From NCBI GenBank assembly GCA_009914755.4, contig CP086569.2:27648001-27712000 (forward strand): 64,000 bases of DNA. Direction: 5' to 3'. The DNA is from the human T2T-CHM13v2.0 reference genome, Homo sapiens. This document shows positions 37,596 to 53,000 of the stretch, piece after piece. The translations under genes and the position numbers were made by a program. The notes below the pieces were generated by a model. It saw nothing but the letters and a program-made list of their open reading frames with translations, did not search any database and was not told the origin of the DNA. Each line of letters starts with the position of its first letter. The first letter of the stretch is position 1.

Positions 37596-40500
37596 GGAAT
37601 CAAAAGCAAACGAATGGAGTCAAACCACATTGGTTAGACTGACATCGAATAATATCAAAAGAAATGTGGTGAACTGGAGTGGAGTGTAATGAAATGGGGT
37701 GGAATGAAATTGAATGGAGTGGAGTGGAGTGGAGTGGAGTCTACTGGAGTGGAATGGAATGGAATGGAAAGGAATGGAATAGAATGGAGTGAAGTGCAGT
37801 GCAGTGAAATGGAGTGGAAAGGAATGGAATGGAAAGAATTGAATCAAATGGAATCGAAGTGAATCGAATCTAATGAAATTGAACGCAAAAAATGGAATGA
37901 GTAGAATCGAAAAAGATGGATTCAAATGGCAACAAATAAAATTGAATGGAATGCGGTGAGGTGGAGGGGATTGGAATGGAGTTGAATGGAATGGGGTGTA
38001 ATTGAATTGAATGGAGTGTAGTGGAGTGAACTGGAGTTCAATGGAATGGAATGGGCAGGCATGGAATTGAAAGGCTTGGAGTGGAGTGGAATTGAGAGGA
38101 GTGGAATGGAGTAGGGTGGATTGTGGTGGAGAATATTGGAAAAGAGTGGAGTGGAATGGAATGGAATGGAGTGGAGTGGAATGGAATGGAATTGAGTGAA
38201 GTGGAGTGTAGTGGAATGGAGAGTAATGGAGTGGAGTGGACTGGAGTGGAGAAGATTGCAGTGCATTGGACTGTAGGGGATAGAAGTGGCTTGGAGTCCA
38301 TAGGAGTGGCGTGGAAAGGAATGGAATGGAGTGGAATGGACTGGAACGGAATGGAATGGAATGGATTTAAATGGCAGGGAATCAAATCGAATTGAATCAT
38401 ATTGAATCAAATCGAATCGAGTGGAGGAAAGAAATCGAATGAAATCGAATGGAATGAATTGAATGGAGTCGAATGTCAACCATGGAATCGAAAGTAATGT
38501 GGTAAAGTGGAGTGGAGTGTTATGGAGTGGAATGGAATGGGGTGACATGGGATTGAATACAGTGGAGAGGAGTGGAGTGGATTGGGCTAGAGTGGAACGG
38601 AAAGGGAAGGAATGGAACTGAATGGAGTGGAGTGGAATGGAGTGGAATGGAATGGAATGGAATGGAATGGAATGGAACGGAATGGAGTGGAATCGAATCG
38701 AATCACATGGAACTGAATGAAACCGAATTGAATGAAATTGAATGGAGAAAATGGAATCAAATGGAATCAAATCGAACGGATTCGAATGTCATTGAATGGA
38801 ATCGAAAGGAATGCAGTGAGGTGGGGTTAAGTGGAATGGAGTGGAATGGAATGGGATGAATGGAATTGAATGGAGGGGAGTGGAATGGAATGGAATGGAA
38901 AGGAATGGAATTGAACAAAATGGAGTGTAGTAGAATGGAGTGGATTGGAGTGGAGTGCTGGGGAGTGCAGTGGAATGAAGAGGAGTGTAGTTGAATGGAA
39001 TGGAATGTATGGAATGTACTGGAATAGAATGGATAAGAATGGAATGGAATGGAATCGCACGGAATTGAATAGAATCAAATCAATTGAATAGAATCAAATG
39101 GAAAAAATGGAGTCAAATGGAATCGAATGGCATAGAATCGAACGGTTTTGAATGTCAGTGAATGGAAACGAATGGAATGCGGTGAAGTGGAGCAGAGTGG
39201 AGTGGAAAGGAGTGCAATGGAATAGGGTGGAACTGAATTTAATGGAACAGAGGGGATTGGAATGGACTGGAGTGGAATGGAATGGGAAGGAATGGGATTG
39301 AAATTAGTGGCGTGCAGTGGAGTGGAGTGGCATGGAGTGGAGTGGAGTGGAATGGAGTGGAATGGAATGGAGTGGAATGGAGTGGATTGGAATGGAATGG
39401 AGTGCAGAGGAATGGAATGGAATGGTATAGAGTGGACAGGAATGGAGTGGAGCGGATTGGAATGGAATGGAATGGAATGGAACTGAATGGACTGGAATGG
39501 AATGGAATAGAATGGAATCACAAGGAATCAAATTGGATTGAATCGAATCGAATGGAAAAATGAAATCAAATGAAATTGAATGGAATCGAAATGAATGTAA
39601 ACAATGGAATCCAAAGGTATCAAATGGAATGGAATCAAATGGTTTTGAATGGCGTAAAATGAAATCGCAAGGAAGGCAGTGAATTGGAGTGGAGTGGAAT
39701 AGAGAGGAATGAATTGGAATGGAGTGGGGTGGAATGGAGTGGATTCCAGTGGACTGGAGTGGATTTGATTTTAATGGAATGGAATAGACTGGATTGGAGT
39801 GGTGTAGAGTGCAGTGGATTGGAGTGGAGAGGAATGGAGTGGAGTGAAGTCGAGTTGAGTGGAATGGAATGGAGTGGAGCAGAGTGGAATACAAAAGAAT
39901 GAAGTGGATTGGTGTGGAATGGAATGGCGTGGAATGGAGTGGAATAGAATGGAGTGGAATTGCATGGAAGGATATCAAATCCAATGGAATCGAACGAAAA
40001 TTATGAATCCAATGGAATCGAAAGGATTCCAAAGGAACGGATTCGAAAGGCATTTAATGGAATGGAAAGGTATGCAGTGAAGTGGAGTGGAGTGGAGTGG
40101 ATTGTTTTAGAGTGAAATGGGGTGGATTGGAACACTATGTGGTGGAGTGGAGTGTAGTGGATCGGAGTGGAGTGCCGTGGAGTGGACTAGAGTGGGGTGG
40201 AGTGGAGTGCATTGGAGTGGAATGGAGTGGAGTGGGGTGGAATGGAATGGAATGGCATCAAATGGCATGGTAATGAATCAAATTGAATCAAATGGAATGA
40301 AATAATGGAATCGAAGGCAAACGAATGGAATCGAATTGCACTGATTCTACTGACTTCGAAGAAAATGAAATGAAATGCGGTGAAGTGGAGTGGAGTGGAA
40401 TGTATTAGGGTGGAATGGAATTGAATGGTGTGGAGTGGAGTGGAGTGCCCAGGAGTGGAATGGGAAGAAATGGAATTGAACGGAGTGGAGTGGAGTGGAA

Positions 40501-40709
40501 TGGAGGGTAATGGAGTGGAATGGAGTGGAGTGGAGTAGAGTGGAATGGGTTGGAGTGTAATGCAGAGGACAGGAGTGGAGTGTGGTGGACTGGAGTGGAG
40601 TGGAGTTGAGTGGAGTGGATTGGATTGAAATAGAGCGGAGCAGAGTGGAATGGAATTGAATCACATGGTACTGAATCAAATCGAATGGAATTAAATCGAA
40701 TGAGAAAAC
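37596..40709 (+). repeat. HOR copy U13 (3114 bp)
   Basis: Landmark at 37596 and 40710. Confidence 0.85.
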
Positions 40710-43700
40710 GGAATCAAAAGCAAACGAATGGAGTCAAACCACATTGGTTAGACTGACATCGAATAATATCAAAAGAAATGTGGTGAAGGTGAGTGGAGTG
40801 TAATGAAATGGGGTGGAATGAAATAGAATGGAGTGGAGTGGAGTGGAGTGGAGTCTACTGGAGTGGAATGGAATGGAATGGAAAGGAATGGAATAGAATG
40901 GAGTGAAGTGCAGTGCAGTGAAATGGAGTGGAAAGGAATGGAATGGAAAGAATTGAATCAAATGGAATCGAAGTGAATCGAATGTAATGAAATTGAACGC
41001 AAAAAATGGAATGAGTAGAATCGAAAAAGATGGTTTCAAATGACAACAAATAAAATTGAATGGAATGCGGTGAGGTGGAGGGCATTGGAATGGAGTTGAA
41101 TGGAATGGGGTGTAATTGAATTGAATGGAGTGTAGTGGAGTGAACTGGAGTTCAATGGAATGGAATGGGCAGGCATGGAATTGAAAGGCTTGGAGTGGAG
41201 TGGAATTGAGAGGAGTGGAATGGAGTAGGGTGGATTGTGGTGGAGAATATTGGAAAAGAGTGGAGTGGAATGGAATGGAATGGAGTGGAGTGGAATGGAA
41301 TGGAATTGAGTGAAGTGGAGTGTAGTGGAATGGAGAGTAATAGAGTGGAGTGGACTGGAGTGGAGTAGATTGCAGTTCATTGGACTGTAGGGGATAGAAG
41401 TGGCTTGGAGCCCATAGGAGTGGAGTGGAAAGGAATGGAATGGAGTGGAATGGACTGGAACGGAATGGAATGGAATGGATTTAAATGGCAGGGAATCAAA
41501 TCGAATTGAATCATATTGAATCAAGTCGAATCGAGTGGAGGAAAGAAATCGAATGAAATCGAATGGAATGAATTGAATGGAGTCGAATGTCAACCATGGA
41601 ATCGAAAGTAATGTGGTAAAGTGGAGTGGAGTGTTATGGAGTGGAATGGAATGGGGTGACATGGGATTGAATACAGTGGAGAGGAGTGGAGTGGATTGGG
41701 CTAGAGTGGAACGGAAAGGGAAGGAATGGAACTGAATGGAGTGGAGTGGAATGGAGTGGAATGGAATGGAATGGAATGGAATGGAATGGAATGGAATGGA
41801 ACGGAATGGAGTGGAATGGAATCGAATGACATGGAACTGAATGAAACCGAATTGAATGAAATTGAATGGAGAAAATGGAATCAAATGGAATCAAATCGAA
41901 CGGATTCGAATGTCATTGAATGGAATCGAAAGAAATGCAGTGAGGTGGGGTTGAGTGGAATGGGATGAATGGAATTGAATGGAGGGGAGTGGAATGGAAT
42001 GGAATGGAAAGGAATGGAATTGAACAAAATGGAGTGTAATAGAATGGAGTGGATTGGAGTGGAGTGCAGGGGAGTGCAGTGGAATGAAGAGGAGTGTAGT
42101 TGAATGGAATGGAATGTATGGAATGTACTGGAATAGAATGGATAAGAATGGAATGGAATGGAATCGCACGGAATTGAATAGAATCAAATCAATTGAATAG
42201 AATCAAATGGAAAAAATGGAGTCAAATGGAATCGAATGGCATAGAATCGAACGGTTTTGAATGTCAGTGAATGGAAACGAATGGAATGCGGTGAAGTGGA
42301 GCAGAGTGGAGTGGAAAGGAGTGCAATGGAATAGGGTGGAACTGAATTTAATGGAACAGAGTGGATTGGAGTGGACTGGAGTGGAATGGAATGGGAAGGA
42401 ATGGGATTGAAATTAGTGGCGTTCAGTGGAGTGGAGTGGCATGGAGTGGAGTGGAGTGGAATGGAGTGGAATGGAATGGAGTGGAATGGAGTGGATTGGA
42501 ATGGAATGGAGTGCAGAGGAATGGAATGGAATGGTATAGAGTGGACAGGAATGGAGTGGAGCGGATTGGAATGGAATGGAATGGAATGGAACTGAATGGA
42601 CTGGAATGGAATGGAATAGAACGGAATCACAGGGAATCAAATTGGATTGAATCGAATCGAATGGAAAAAATGAAATCAAATGAAATTGAATGGAATCGAA
42701 ATGAATGTAAACAATGGAATCCAAAGGTATCAAATGGAATGGAATCAAATGGTTTTGAATGGCGTAAAATTAAATCGCAAGGAAGGCAGTGAATTGGAGT
42801 GGAGTGGAATAGAGAGGAATGAATTGGAATGGAGTGGAGTGGAATGGAGTGGATTCCAGTGGACTGGAGTGGATTTGATTTTAATGGAATGGAATAGACT
42901 GGATTGGAGTGGTGTAGAGTGCAGTGGATTGGAGTGGAGAGGAATGGAGTGGAGTGAAGTCGAGTTGAGTGGAATGGAATGGAGTGGAGCAGAGTGGAAT
43001 ACAAAAGAATGAAGTGGATTGGTGTGGAATGGAATCGCGTGGAATGGAGTGGAATAGAATGGAATGGAATTGCATGGAAGGATATCAAATCCAATGGAAT
43101 CGAACGAAAATTATGAATCCAATGGAATCGAAAGGATTCCAAAGGAACGGATTCGAAAGGCATTTAATGGAATGGAAAGGTATGCAGTGAAGTGGAGTGG
43201 AGTGGAGTGGATTGTTTTAGAGTGAAATGGGGTGTATTGGAACACTATGTGGTGGAGTGGAGTGTAGTGGATCGGAGTGGAGTGCCGTGGAGTGGACTAG
43301 AGTGGGGTGGAGTGGAGTGCATTGGAGTGGAATGGAGTGGAGTGGGGTGGAATGGAATGGAATGGCATCAAATCGCATGGTAATGAATCAAATGGAATCA
43401 AATGGAATGAAATAATGGAATAGAAGGCAAACGAATGGAATCGAATTGCACTGATTCTACTGACTTCGAAGAAAATGAAATGAAATGCGGTGAAGTGGAG
43501 TGGAGTGGAATGTATTAGGGTGGAATGGAATTGAATGGTGTGGAATGGAGTGGAGTGCCCAGGAGTGGAATGGGAAGAAATGGAATTGAACGGAGTGGAG
43601 TGGAGTGGAATGGAGGGTAATGGAGTGGAATGGAGTGGAGTGGAGTAGAGTGGAATGGGTTGGAGTGTAATGCAGAGGACAGGAGTGGAGTGTGGTGGAC

Positions 43701-43819
43701 TGGAGTGGAGTGGAGTTGAGTGGAGTGGATTGGATTGAAATAGAGCGGAGCAGAGTGGAATGGAATTGAATCACATGGTACTGAATCAAATCGAATGGAA
43801 TTAAATCGAATGAAAAAAC
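40710..43819 (+). repeat. HOR copy U14 (3110 bp)
   Basis: Landmark at 40710 and 43820. Confidence 0.85.
41761..41810 (+). repeat. Homologous pure (ATGGA)10 tract in U14
   Basis: Read directly. Confidence 0.8.
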
Positions 43820-46800
43820 GGAATCAAAAGCAAACGAATGGAGTCAAACCACATTGGTTAGACTGACATCGAATAATATCAAAAGAAATGTGGTGAAGGT
43901 GAGTGGAGTGTAATGAAATGGGGTGGAATGAAATAGAATGGAGTGGAGTGGAGTGGAGTGGAGTCTACTGGAGTGGAATGGAATGGAATGGAAAGGAATG
44001 GAATAGAATGGAGTGAAGTGCAGTGCAGTGAAATGGAGTGGAAAGGAATGCAATGGAAAGAATTGAATCAAATGGAATCGAAGTGAATCGAATGTAATGA
44101 AATTGAACGCAAAAAATGGAATGAGTAGAATCGAAAAAGATGGTTTCAAATGGCAACAAATAAAATTGAATGGAATGCGGTGAGGTGGAGGGCATTGGAA
44201 TGGAGTTGAATGGAATGGGGTGTAATTGAATTGAATGGAGTGTAGTGGAGTGAACTGGAGTTCAATGGAATGGAATGGGCAGGCATGGAATTGAAAGGCT
44301 TGGAGTGGAGTGGAATTGAGAGGAGTGGAATGGAGTAGGGTGGATTGTGGTGGAGAATATTGGAAAAGAGTGGAGTGGAATGGAATGGAATGGAGTGGAG
44401 TGGAATGGAATGGAATTGAGTGAAGTGGAGTGTAGTGGAATGGAGAGTAATGGAGTGGAGTGGACTGGAGTGGAGTAGATTGCAGTGCATTGGACTGTAG
44501 GGGATAGAAGTGGCTTGGAGCCCATAGGAGTGGAGTGGAAAGGAATGGAATGGAGTGGAATGGACTGGAACGGAATGGAATGGAATGGATTTAAATGGCA
44601 GGGAATCAAATCGAATTGAATCATATTGAATCAAGTCGAATCGAGTGGAGGAAAGAAATCGAATGAAATCGAATGGAATGAATTGAATGGAGTCGAATGT
44701 CAACCATGGAATCGAAAGTAATGTGGTAAAGTGGAGTGGAGTGTTATGGAGTGGAATGGAATGGGGTGACATGGGATTGAATACAGTGGAGAGGAGTGGA
44801 GTGGATTGCGCTAGAGTGGAACGGAAAGGGAAGGAATGGAACTGAATGGAGTGGAGTGGAATGGAGTGGAATGGAATGGAATGGAATGGAATGGAATGGA
44901 ATGGAATGGAACGGAATGGAGTGGAATGGAATCGAATGACATGGAACTGAATGAAACCGAATTGAATGAAATTGAATGGAGAAAATGGAATCAAATGGAA
45001 TCAAATCGAACGGATTCGAATGTCATTGAATGGAATCGAAAGAAATGCAGTGAGGTGGGGTTGAGTGGAATGGGATGAATGGAATTGAATGGAGGGGAGT
45101 GGAATGGAATGGAATGGAAAGGAATGGAATTGAACAAAATGGAGTGTATTAGAATGGAGTGGATTGGAGTGGAGTGCAGGGGAGTGCAGTGGAATGAAGA
45201 GGAGTGTAGTTGAATGGAATGGAATGTATGGAATGTACTGGAATAGAATGGATAAGAATGGAATGGAATGGAATCGCACGGAATTGAATAGAATCAAATC
45301 AATTGAATAGAATCAAATGGAAAAAATGGAGTCAAATGGAATCGAATGGCATAGAATCGAACGGTTTTGAATGTCAGTGAATGGAAACGAATGGAATGCG
45401 GTGAAGTGGAGCAGAGTGGAGTGGAAAGGAGTGCAATGGAATAGGGTGGAACTGAATTTAATGGAACAGAGTGGATTGGAGTGGACTGGAGTGGAATGGA
45501 ATGGGAAGGAATGGGATTGAAATTAGTGGCGTGCAGTGGAGTGGAGTGGCATGGAGTGGAGTGGAGTGGAATGGAGCGGAATGGAATGGAGTGGAATGGA
45601 GTGGATTGGAATGGAATGGAGTGCAGAGGAATGGAATGGAATGGTATAGAGTGGACAGGAATGGAGTCGAGCGGATTGGAATGGAATGGAATGGAATGGA
45701 ATGGAATGGAACTGAATGGACTGGAATGGAATGGAATAGAATGGAATCACAGGGAATCAAATTGGATTGAATCGAATCGAATGGAAAAAATGAAATCAAA
45801 TGAAATTGAATGGAATCGAAAGGAATGTAAACAATGGAATCCAATGGAATCCAATGGAATCGAATCAAATGGTTTTGAATGGCGTAAAATGAAATCGCAA
45901 GGAAGGCAGTGAATTGGAGTGTAGTGGAATAGAGAGGAATGAATTGGAATGGAGTGGAGTGGAATGGAGTGGATTCCAGTGGAGAGGAGTAGATTGGATT
46001 GGAATGGAATGGAATAGACTGGATTGGAGTGGTGTAGAGTGCAGTGGATTGGAGTGGAGAGGAATGGAGTGGAGTGAAGTCGAGTTGAGTGGAATGGAAT
46101 GGAGTTGAGCAGAGTGGAATGCAAAAGAATGAAGTGGATAGGTGTGGAATGGAATGGCGTGGAATGGAGTGGAATAGAATGGAATGGAATCGCATGGAAG
46201 GATATCAAATCCAATGGAATCGAAGGAAAATTATGAATCCAATGGAATCGAAAGGATTCCAAAGGAACGGATTCGAAAGGCATTTAATGGAATGGAAAGG
46301 TATGCAGTGAAGTGGAGTGGAGTGGAGTGGATTGTTTTAGAGTGAAATGGGGTGGATTGGAACACTATGTGGTGGAGTGGAGTTTAGTGGATCGGAGTGG
46401 AGTGCCGTGGAGTGGACTAGAGTGGGGTGGAGTGGAGTGCATTGGAGTGGAATGGAGTGGAGAGGGGTGGAATGGAATGGAATGGCATCAAATCGCATGG
46501 TAATGAATCAAATGGAATCAAATGGAATGAAATAATGGAATCGAAGGCAAACGAATGGAATCGAATTGCACTGATTCTACTGACTTCGAAGAAAATGAAA
46601 TGAAATGCGGTGAAGTGGAGTGGAGTGGAATGTATTAGGGTGGAATGGAATTGAATGGTGTGGAGTGGAGTGGAGTGCCCAGGAGTGGAATGGGAAGAAA
46701 TGGAATTGAACGGAGTGGAGTGGAGTGGAATGGAGGGTAATGGAGTGGAATGGAGTGGAGTGGAGTAGAGTGGAATTGGTTGGAGTGGAATGCAGAGGAC

Positions 46801-46939
46801 AGGAGTGGAGTGTGGTGGACTGGAGTGGAGTGGAGTTGAGTGGAATGGATTGGATTGAAATAGAGCGGAGCAGAGTGGAATGGAATTGAATCACATGGTA
46901 CTGAATCAAATCGAATGGAATTAAATCGAATGAAAAAAC
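43820..46939 (+). repeat. HOR copy U15 (3120 bp)
   Basis: Landmark at 43820 and 46940. Confidence 0.85.
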
Positions 46940-49900
46940 GGAATCAAAAGCAAACGAATGGAGTCAAACCACATTGGTTAGACTGACATCGAATAATATC
47001 AAAAGAAATGTGGTGAAGGTGAGTGGAGTGTAATGAAATGGGGTGGAATGAAATAGAATGGAGTGGAGTGGAGTGGAGTGGAGTCTACTGGAGTGGAATG
47101 GAATGGAATGGAAAGGAATGGAATAGAATGGAGTGAAGTGCAGTGCAGTGAAATGGAGTGGAAAGGAATGGAATGGAAAGAATTCAATCAAATGGAATCG
47201 AAGTGAATCGAATGTAATGAAATTAAACGCAAAAAATGGAATGAGTAGAATCGAAAAAGATGGTTTCAAATGGCAACAAATAAAATTGAATGGAATGCGG
47301 TGAGGTGGAGGGGATTGGAATGGAGTTGAATGGAATGGGGTGTAATTGAATTGAATGGAGTGTAGTGGAGTGAACTGGAGTTCAATGGAATGGAATGGGC
47401 AGGCATGGAATTGAAAGGCTTGGAGAGGAGTGGAATTGAGAGGAGTGGAATGGAGTAGGGTGGATTGTGGTGGAGAATATTGGAAAAGAGTGGAGTGGAA
47501 TGGAATGGAATGGAGTGGAGTGGAATGGAATGGAATTGAGTGAAGTGGAGTGTAGTGGAATGGAGAGTAATGGAGTGGAGTGGACTGGAGTGGAGTAGAT
47601 TGCAGTGCATTGGACTGTAGGGGATAGAAGTGGCTTGGAGCCCATAGGAGTGGAGTGGAAAGGAATGGAATGGAGTGGAATGGACTGGAACGGAATGGAA
47701 TGGAATGGATTTAAATGGCAGGGAATCAAATCGAATTGAATCATATTGAATCAAGTCGAATCGAGTGGAGGAAAGAAATCGAATGAAATCGAATGGAATG
47801 AATTGAATGGAGTCGAATGTCAACCATGGAATCGAAAGTAATGTGGTAAAGTGGAGTGGAGTGTTATGGAGTGGAATGGAATGGGGTGACATGGGATTGA
47901 ATACAGTGGAGAGGAGTGGAGTGGATTGGGATAGAGTGGAACGGAAAGGGAAGGAATGGAACTGAATGGAGTGGAGTGGAGTGGAGTGGAATGGAATGGA
48001 ATGGAATGGAATGGAATGGAACGGAATGGAGTGGAATGGAATCGAATCACATGGAACTGAATGAAACCGAATTGAATGAAATTGAATGGAGAAAATGGAA
48101 TCAAATGGAATCAAATCGAACGGATTCGAATGTCATTGAATGGAATCGAAAGGAATGCAGTGAGGTGGGGTTGAGTGGAATGGAGTGGAATGGAATGGGA
48201 TGAATGGAATTGAATGGAGGGGAGTGGAATGGAATGGAATGGAAAGGAATGGAATTGAACAAAATGGAGTGTAGTAGAATGGAGTGGATTGGAGTGGAGT
48301 GCAGGGGAGTGCAGTGGAATGAAGAGGAGTGTAGTTGAATGGAATGGAATGTATGGAATGTACTGGAATAGAATGGATAAGAATGGAATGGAATGGAATC
48401 GCATGGAATTGAATAGAATCAAATCGAATTGAATGGAATCAAATGGAAAAAATGGTGTCAAATGGAATCAAATGGCATAGAATCGAACGGTTTTGAATGT
48501 CAGTGAATGGAAACGAATGGAATGCGATGAAGTGGAGCAGAGTGGAGTGGAAAGGAGTGCAATGGAATAGGGTGGAACTGAATTTAATGGAACAGAGTGG
48601 ATTGGAGTGGACTGGAGTGGAATGGAATGGGAAGGAATGGGATCGAAATTAGTGCCGTGCAGTGGAGTGGAGTGGCATGGAGTGGAGTGGAGTGGAATGG
48701 AGTGGAATGGCATGGAGTGGAATGGAGTGGATTGGAATGGAATGGAGTGTAGAGGAATGGAATGGAATGGTATAGAGTGGACAGGAATGGAGTGGAGCGG
48801 ATTGTAATGGAATGGAATGGAATGGAATGGAATGGAACTGAATGGACTGGAATGGAATGGAATAGAATGGAATCACAGTGAATCAAATTGGATTGAATCG
48901 AATCGAATGGAAAAAATGAAATCAAATGAAATTGAATGGAATCGAAATGAATGTAAACAATGAAATCCAATGGAATCCAATGGAATCGAATCAAATGGTT
49001 TTGAATGGCATAAAATGAAATCGCAAGGAAGGCAGTGAATTGGAGTGGAGTGGAATAGAGAGGAATGAATTGGAATGGAGTGGAGCGGAATGGAGTGGAT
49101 TCCAGTGGAGTGGAGTGGATTGGATTGGAATGGAATGGAATAGACTGGATTGGAGTGGTGTAGAGTGCATTGGATTGGAGTGGAGAGGAATGGAGTGGAG
49201 TGAAGTCGAGTTGAGTGGAATGGAATGGAGTTGAGCAGAGTGGAATGCAAAAGAATGAAGTGGATTGGTGTGGAATGGAATGGCGTGGAATGGAGTGGAA
49301 TAGAATGGAATGGAATCGCATGGAAGGATATCAAATCCAATGGAATCGAATGAAAATTATGAATCCAATGGAATCGAAAGGATTCCAAAGGAATGGATTC
49401 GAAAGGCATTTAATGGAATGGAAAGGTATGCAGTGAAGTGGAGTGGAGTGGAGTGGATTGTTTTAGAGTGAAATGGATTGGATTGGAACACTATGTGGTG
49501 GAGTGGAGTGTAGTGGATCGGAGTGGAGTGCCGTGGAGTGGACTAGAGTGGGGTGGAGTGGAGTGCATTGGAGTGGAATGGAGTGGAGTGGGGTGGAATG
49601 GAATGGAATGGCATCAAATGGCATGGTAATGAATCAAATGGAATCAAATGGAATGAAATAATGGAATCGAAGGCAAACGAATGGAATCGAATTGCACTGA
49701 TTCTACTGACTTCGAAGAAAATGAAATGAAATGCGGTGAAGTGGAGTGGAGTGGAATGTATTAGGGTGGAATCGAACTGAATGGTGTGGAGTGGATTGGA
49801 GTGCCCAGGAGTGGAATGGGAAGAAATGGAATTGAACGGAGTGGAGTGGAGTGGAATGGAGGGTAATGGAGTGGAATGGAGTGGAGTGGAGTAGAGTGGA

Positions 49901-50065
49901 ATGGGTTGGAGTGGAATGCAGAGGACAGGAGTGGAGTGTGGTGGACTGGAGTGGAGTGGAGTTGTGTGGAGTGGATTGGATTGAAATAGAGCGGAGCAGA
50001 GTGGAATGGAATTGAATCACATGGTACTGAATCAAATCGAATGGAATTAAATCGAATGAAAAAAC
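46940..50065 (+). repeat. HOR copy U16 (3126 bp)
   Basis: Landmark at 46940 and 50066. Confidence 0.85.
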
Positions 50066-53000
50066 GGAATCAAAAGCAAACGAATGGAGTCAAACCACAT
50101 TGGTTAGGCTGACATCGAATAATATCAAAAGAAATGTGGTGAACTGGAGTGGAGTGTAATGAAATGGGGTGGAATGAAATTGAATGGAGTGGAGTGGAGT
50201 GGAGTGGAGTCTACTGGAGTGGAATGGAATGGAATGGAAAGGAATGGAATAGAATGGAGTGAAGTGCAGTGCAGTGAAATGGAGTGGAAAGGAATGGAAT
50301 GGAAAGAATTGAATCAAATGGAATCGAAGTGAATCGAATCTAATGAAATTGAACGCAAAAAATGGAATGAGTAGAATCGAAAAAGATGGATTCAAATGGC
50401 AACAAATAAAATTGAATGGAATGCGGTGAGGTGGAGGGGATTGGAATGGAGTTGAATGGAATGGGGTGTAATTGAATTGAATGGAGTGTAGTGGAGTGAA
50501 CTGGAGTTCAATGGAATGGAATGGGCAGGCATGGAATTGAAAGGCTTGGAGTGGAGTGGAATTGAGAGGAGTGGAATGGAGTAGGGTGGATTGTGGTGGA
50601 GAATATTGGAAAAGAGTGGAGTGGAATGGAATGGAATGGAGTGGAGTGGAATGGAATGGAATTGAGTGAAGTGGAGTGTAGTGGAATGGAGAGTAATGGA
50701 GTGGAGTGGACTGGAGTGGAGAAGATTGCAGTGCATTGGACTGTAGGGGATAGAAGTGGCTTGGAGTCCATAGGAGTAGAGTGGAAAGGAATGGAATGGA
50801 GTGGAATGGACTGGAACGGAATGGAATGGAATGGATTTAAATGGCAGGGAATCAAATCGAATTGAATCATATTGAATCAAATCGAATAGAGTGGAGGAAA
50901 GAAATCGAATGAAATCGAATGGAATGAATTGAATGGAGTCGAATGTCAACCATGGAATCGAAAGTAATGTGGTAAAGTGGAGTGCAGTGTTATGGAGTGG
51001 AATGGAATGGGGTGACATGGGATTGAATACAGTGGAGAGGAGTGGAGTGGATTGGGCTAGAGTGGAACGGAAAGGGAAGGAATGGAACTGAATGGAGTGG
51101 AGTGGAATGGAGTGGAATGGAATGGAATGGAATGGAATGGAATGGAACGGAATGGAGTGGAATCGAATCGAATCACATGGAACTGAATGAAACCGAATTG
51201 AATGAAATTGAATGGAGAAAATGGAATCAAATGGAATCAAATCGAACGGATTCGAATGTCATTGAATGGAATCGAAAGAAATGCAGTGAGGTGGGGTTGA
51301 GTGGAATGGAGTGGAATGGAATGGGATGAATGGAATTGAATGGAGGGGAGTGGAATGGAATGGAATGGAAAGGAATGGAATTGAACAAAATGGAGTGTAG
51401 TAGAATGGAGTGGATTGGAGTGGAGTGCTGGGGAGTGCAGTGGAATGAAGAGGAGTGTAGTTGAATGGAATGGAATGTATGGAATGTACTGGAATAGAAT
51501 GGATAAGAATGGAATGGAATGGAATCGCACGGAATTGAATAGAATCAAATCAATTGAATAGAATCAAATGTAAAAAATGGAGTCAAATGGAATCGAATGG
51601 CATAGAATCGAACGGTTTTGAATGTCAGTGAATGGAAACGAATGGAACTCGGTGAAGTGGAGCAGAGTGGAGTGGAAAGGAGTGCAATGGAATAGGGTGG
51701 AACTGAATTTAATGGAACAGAGTGGATTGGAGTGGACTGGAGTGGAATGGAATGGGAAGGAATGGGATTGAAATTAGTGGCGTGCAGTGGAGTGGAGTGG
51801 CATGGAGTGGAGTGGAGTGGAATGGAGTGGAATGGAATGGAGTGGAATGGAGTGGATTGGAATGGAATGGAGTGCAGAGGAATGGAATGGAATGGTATAG
51901 AGTGGACAGGAATGGAGTGGAGCGGATTGGAATGGAATGGAATGGAATGGAACTGAATGGACTGGAATGGAATGGAATAGAATGGAATCACAAGGAATCA
52001 AATTGGATTGAATCGAATCGAATGGAAAAATGAAATCAAATGAAATTGAATGGAATCGAAATGAATGTAAACAATGGAATCCAAAGGTATCAAATGGAAT
52101 GGAATCAAATGGTTTTGAATGGCGTAAAATGAAATCGCAAGGAAGGCAGTGAATTGGAGTGGAGTGGAATAGAGAGGAATGAATTGGAATGGAGTGGGGT
52201 GGAATGGAGTGGATTCCAGTGGACTGGAGTGGATTTGATTTTAATGGAATGGAATAGACTGGATTGGAGTGGTGTAGAGTGCAGTGGATTGGAGTGGAGA
52301 GGAATGGAGTGGAGTGAAGTCGAGTTGAGTGGAATGGAATGGAGTGGAGCAGAGTGGAATACAAAAGAATGAAGTGGATTGGTGTTGAATGGAATGGCGT
52401 GGAATGGAGTGGAATAGAATGGAGTGGAATTGCATGGAAGGATATCAAATCCAATGGAATCGAACGAAAATTATGAATCCAATGGAATCGAAAGGATTCC
52501 AAAGGAACGGATTCGAAAGGCATTTAATGGAATGGAAAGGTATGCAGTGAAGTGGAGTGGAGTGGAGTGGATTGTTTTAGAGTGAAATGGGGTGGATTGG
52601 AACACTATGTGGTGGAGTGGAGTGTAGTGGATCGGAGTGGAGTGCCGTGGAGTGGACTAGAGTGGGGTGGAGTGGAGTGCATTGGAGTGGAATGGAGTGG
52701 AGTGGGGTGGAATGGAATGGAATGGCATCAAATGGCATGGTAATGAATCAAATTGAATCAAATGGAATGAAATAATGGAATCGAAGGCAAACGAATGGAA
52801 TCGAATTGCACTGATTCTACTGACTTCGAAGAAAATGAAATGAAATGTGGTGAAGTGGAGTGGAGTGGAATGTATTAGGGTGGAATGGAATTGAATGGTG
52901 TGGAGTGGAGTGGAGTGCCCAGGAGTGGAATGGGAAGAAATGGAATTGAACGGAGTGGAGTGGAGTGGAATGGAGGGTAATGGAGTGGAATGGAGTGGAG

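Larger units (their letters stand above)
35651..43800 (+). repeat. ~8.1 kb block duplicated four HOR units downstream (copy at ~48111-56254; offset 12460-12470 bp)
   Basis: Spurious ORFs are identical or differ by one residue at this offset and carry private variants. Examples: 39304..40053 with 51774..52523 (249 aa, identical), 36968..37159 with 49438..49629 ('KWIGLEHY'), 37233..37565 with 49703..50035 ('WALQSTPHHSVRFHPN'), 40082..40273 with 52552..52743 ('HQMAW'), 36147..36347 with 48607..48807 ('MGSKLVPCSG'). Confidence 0.75.
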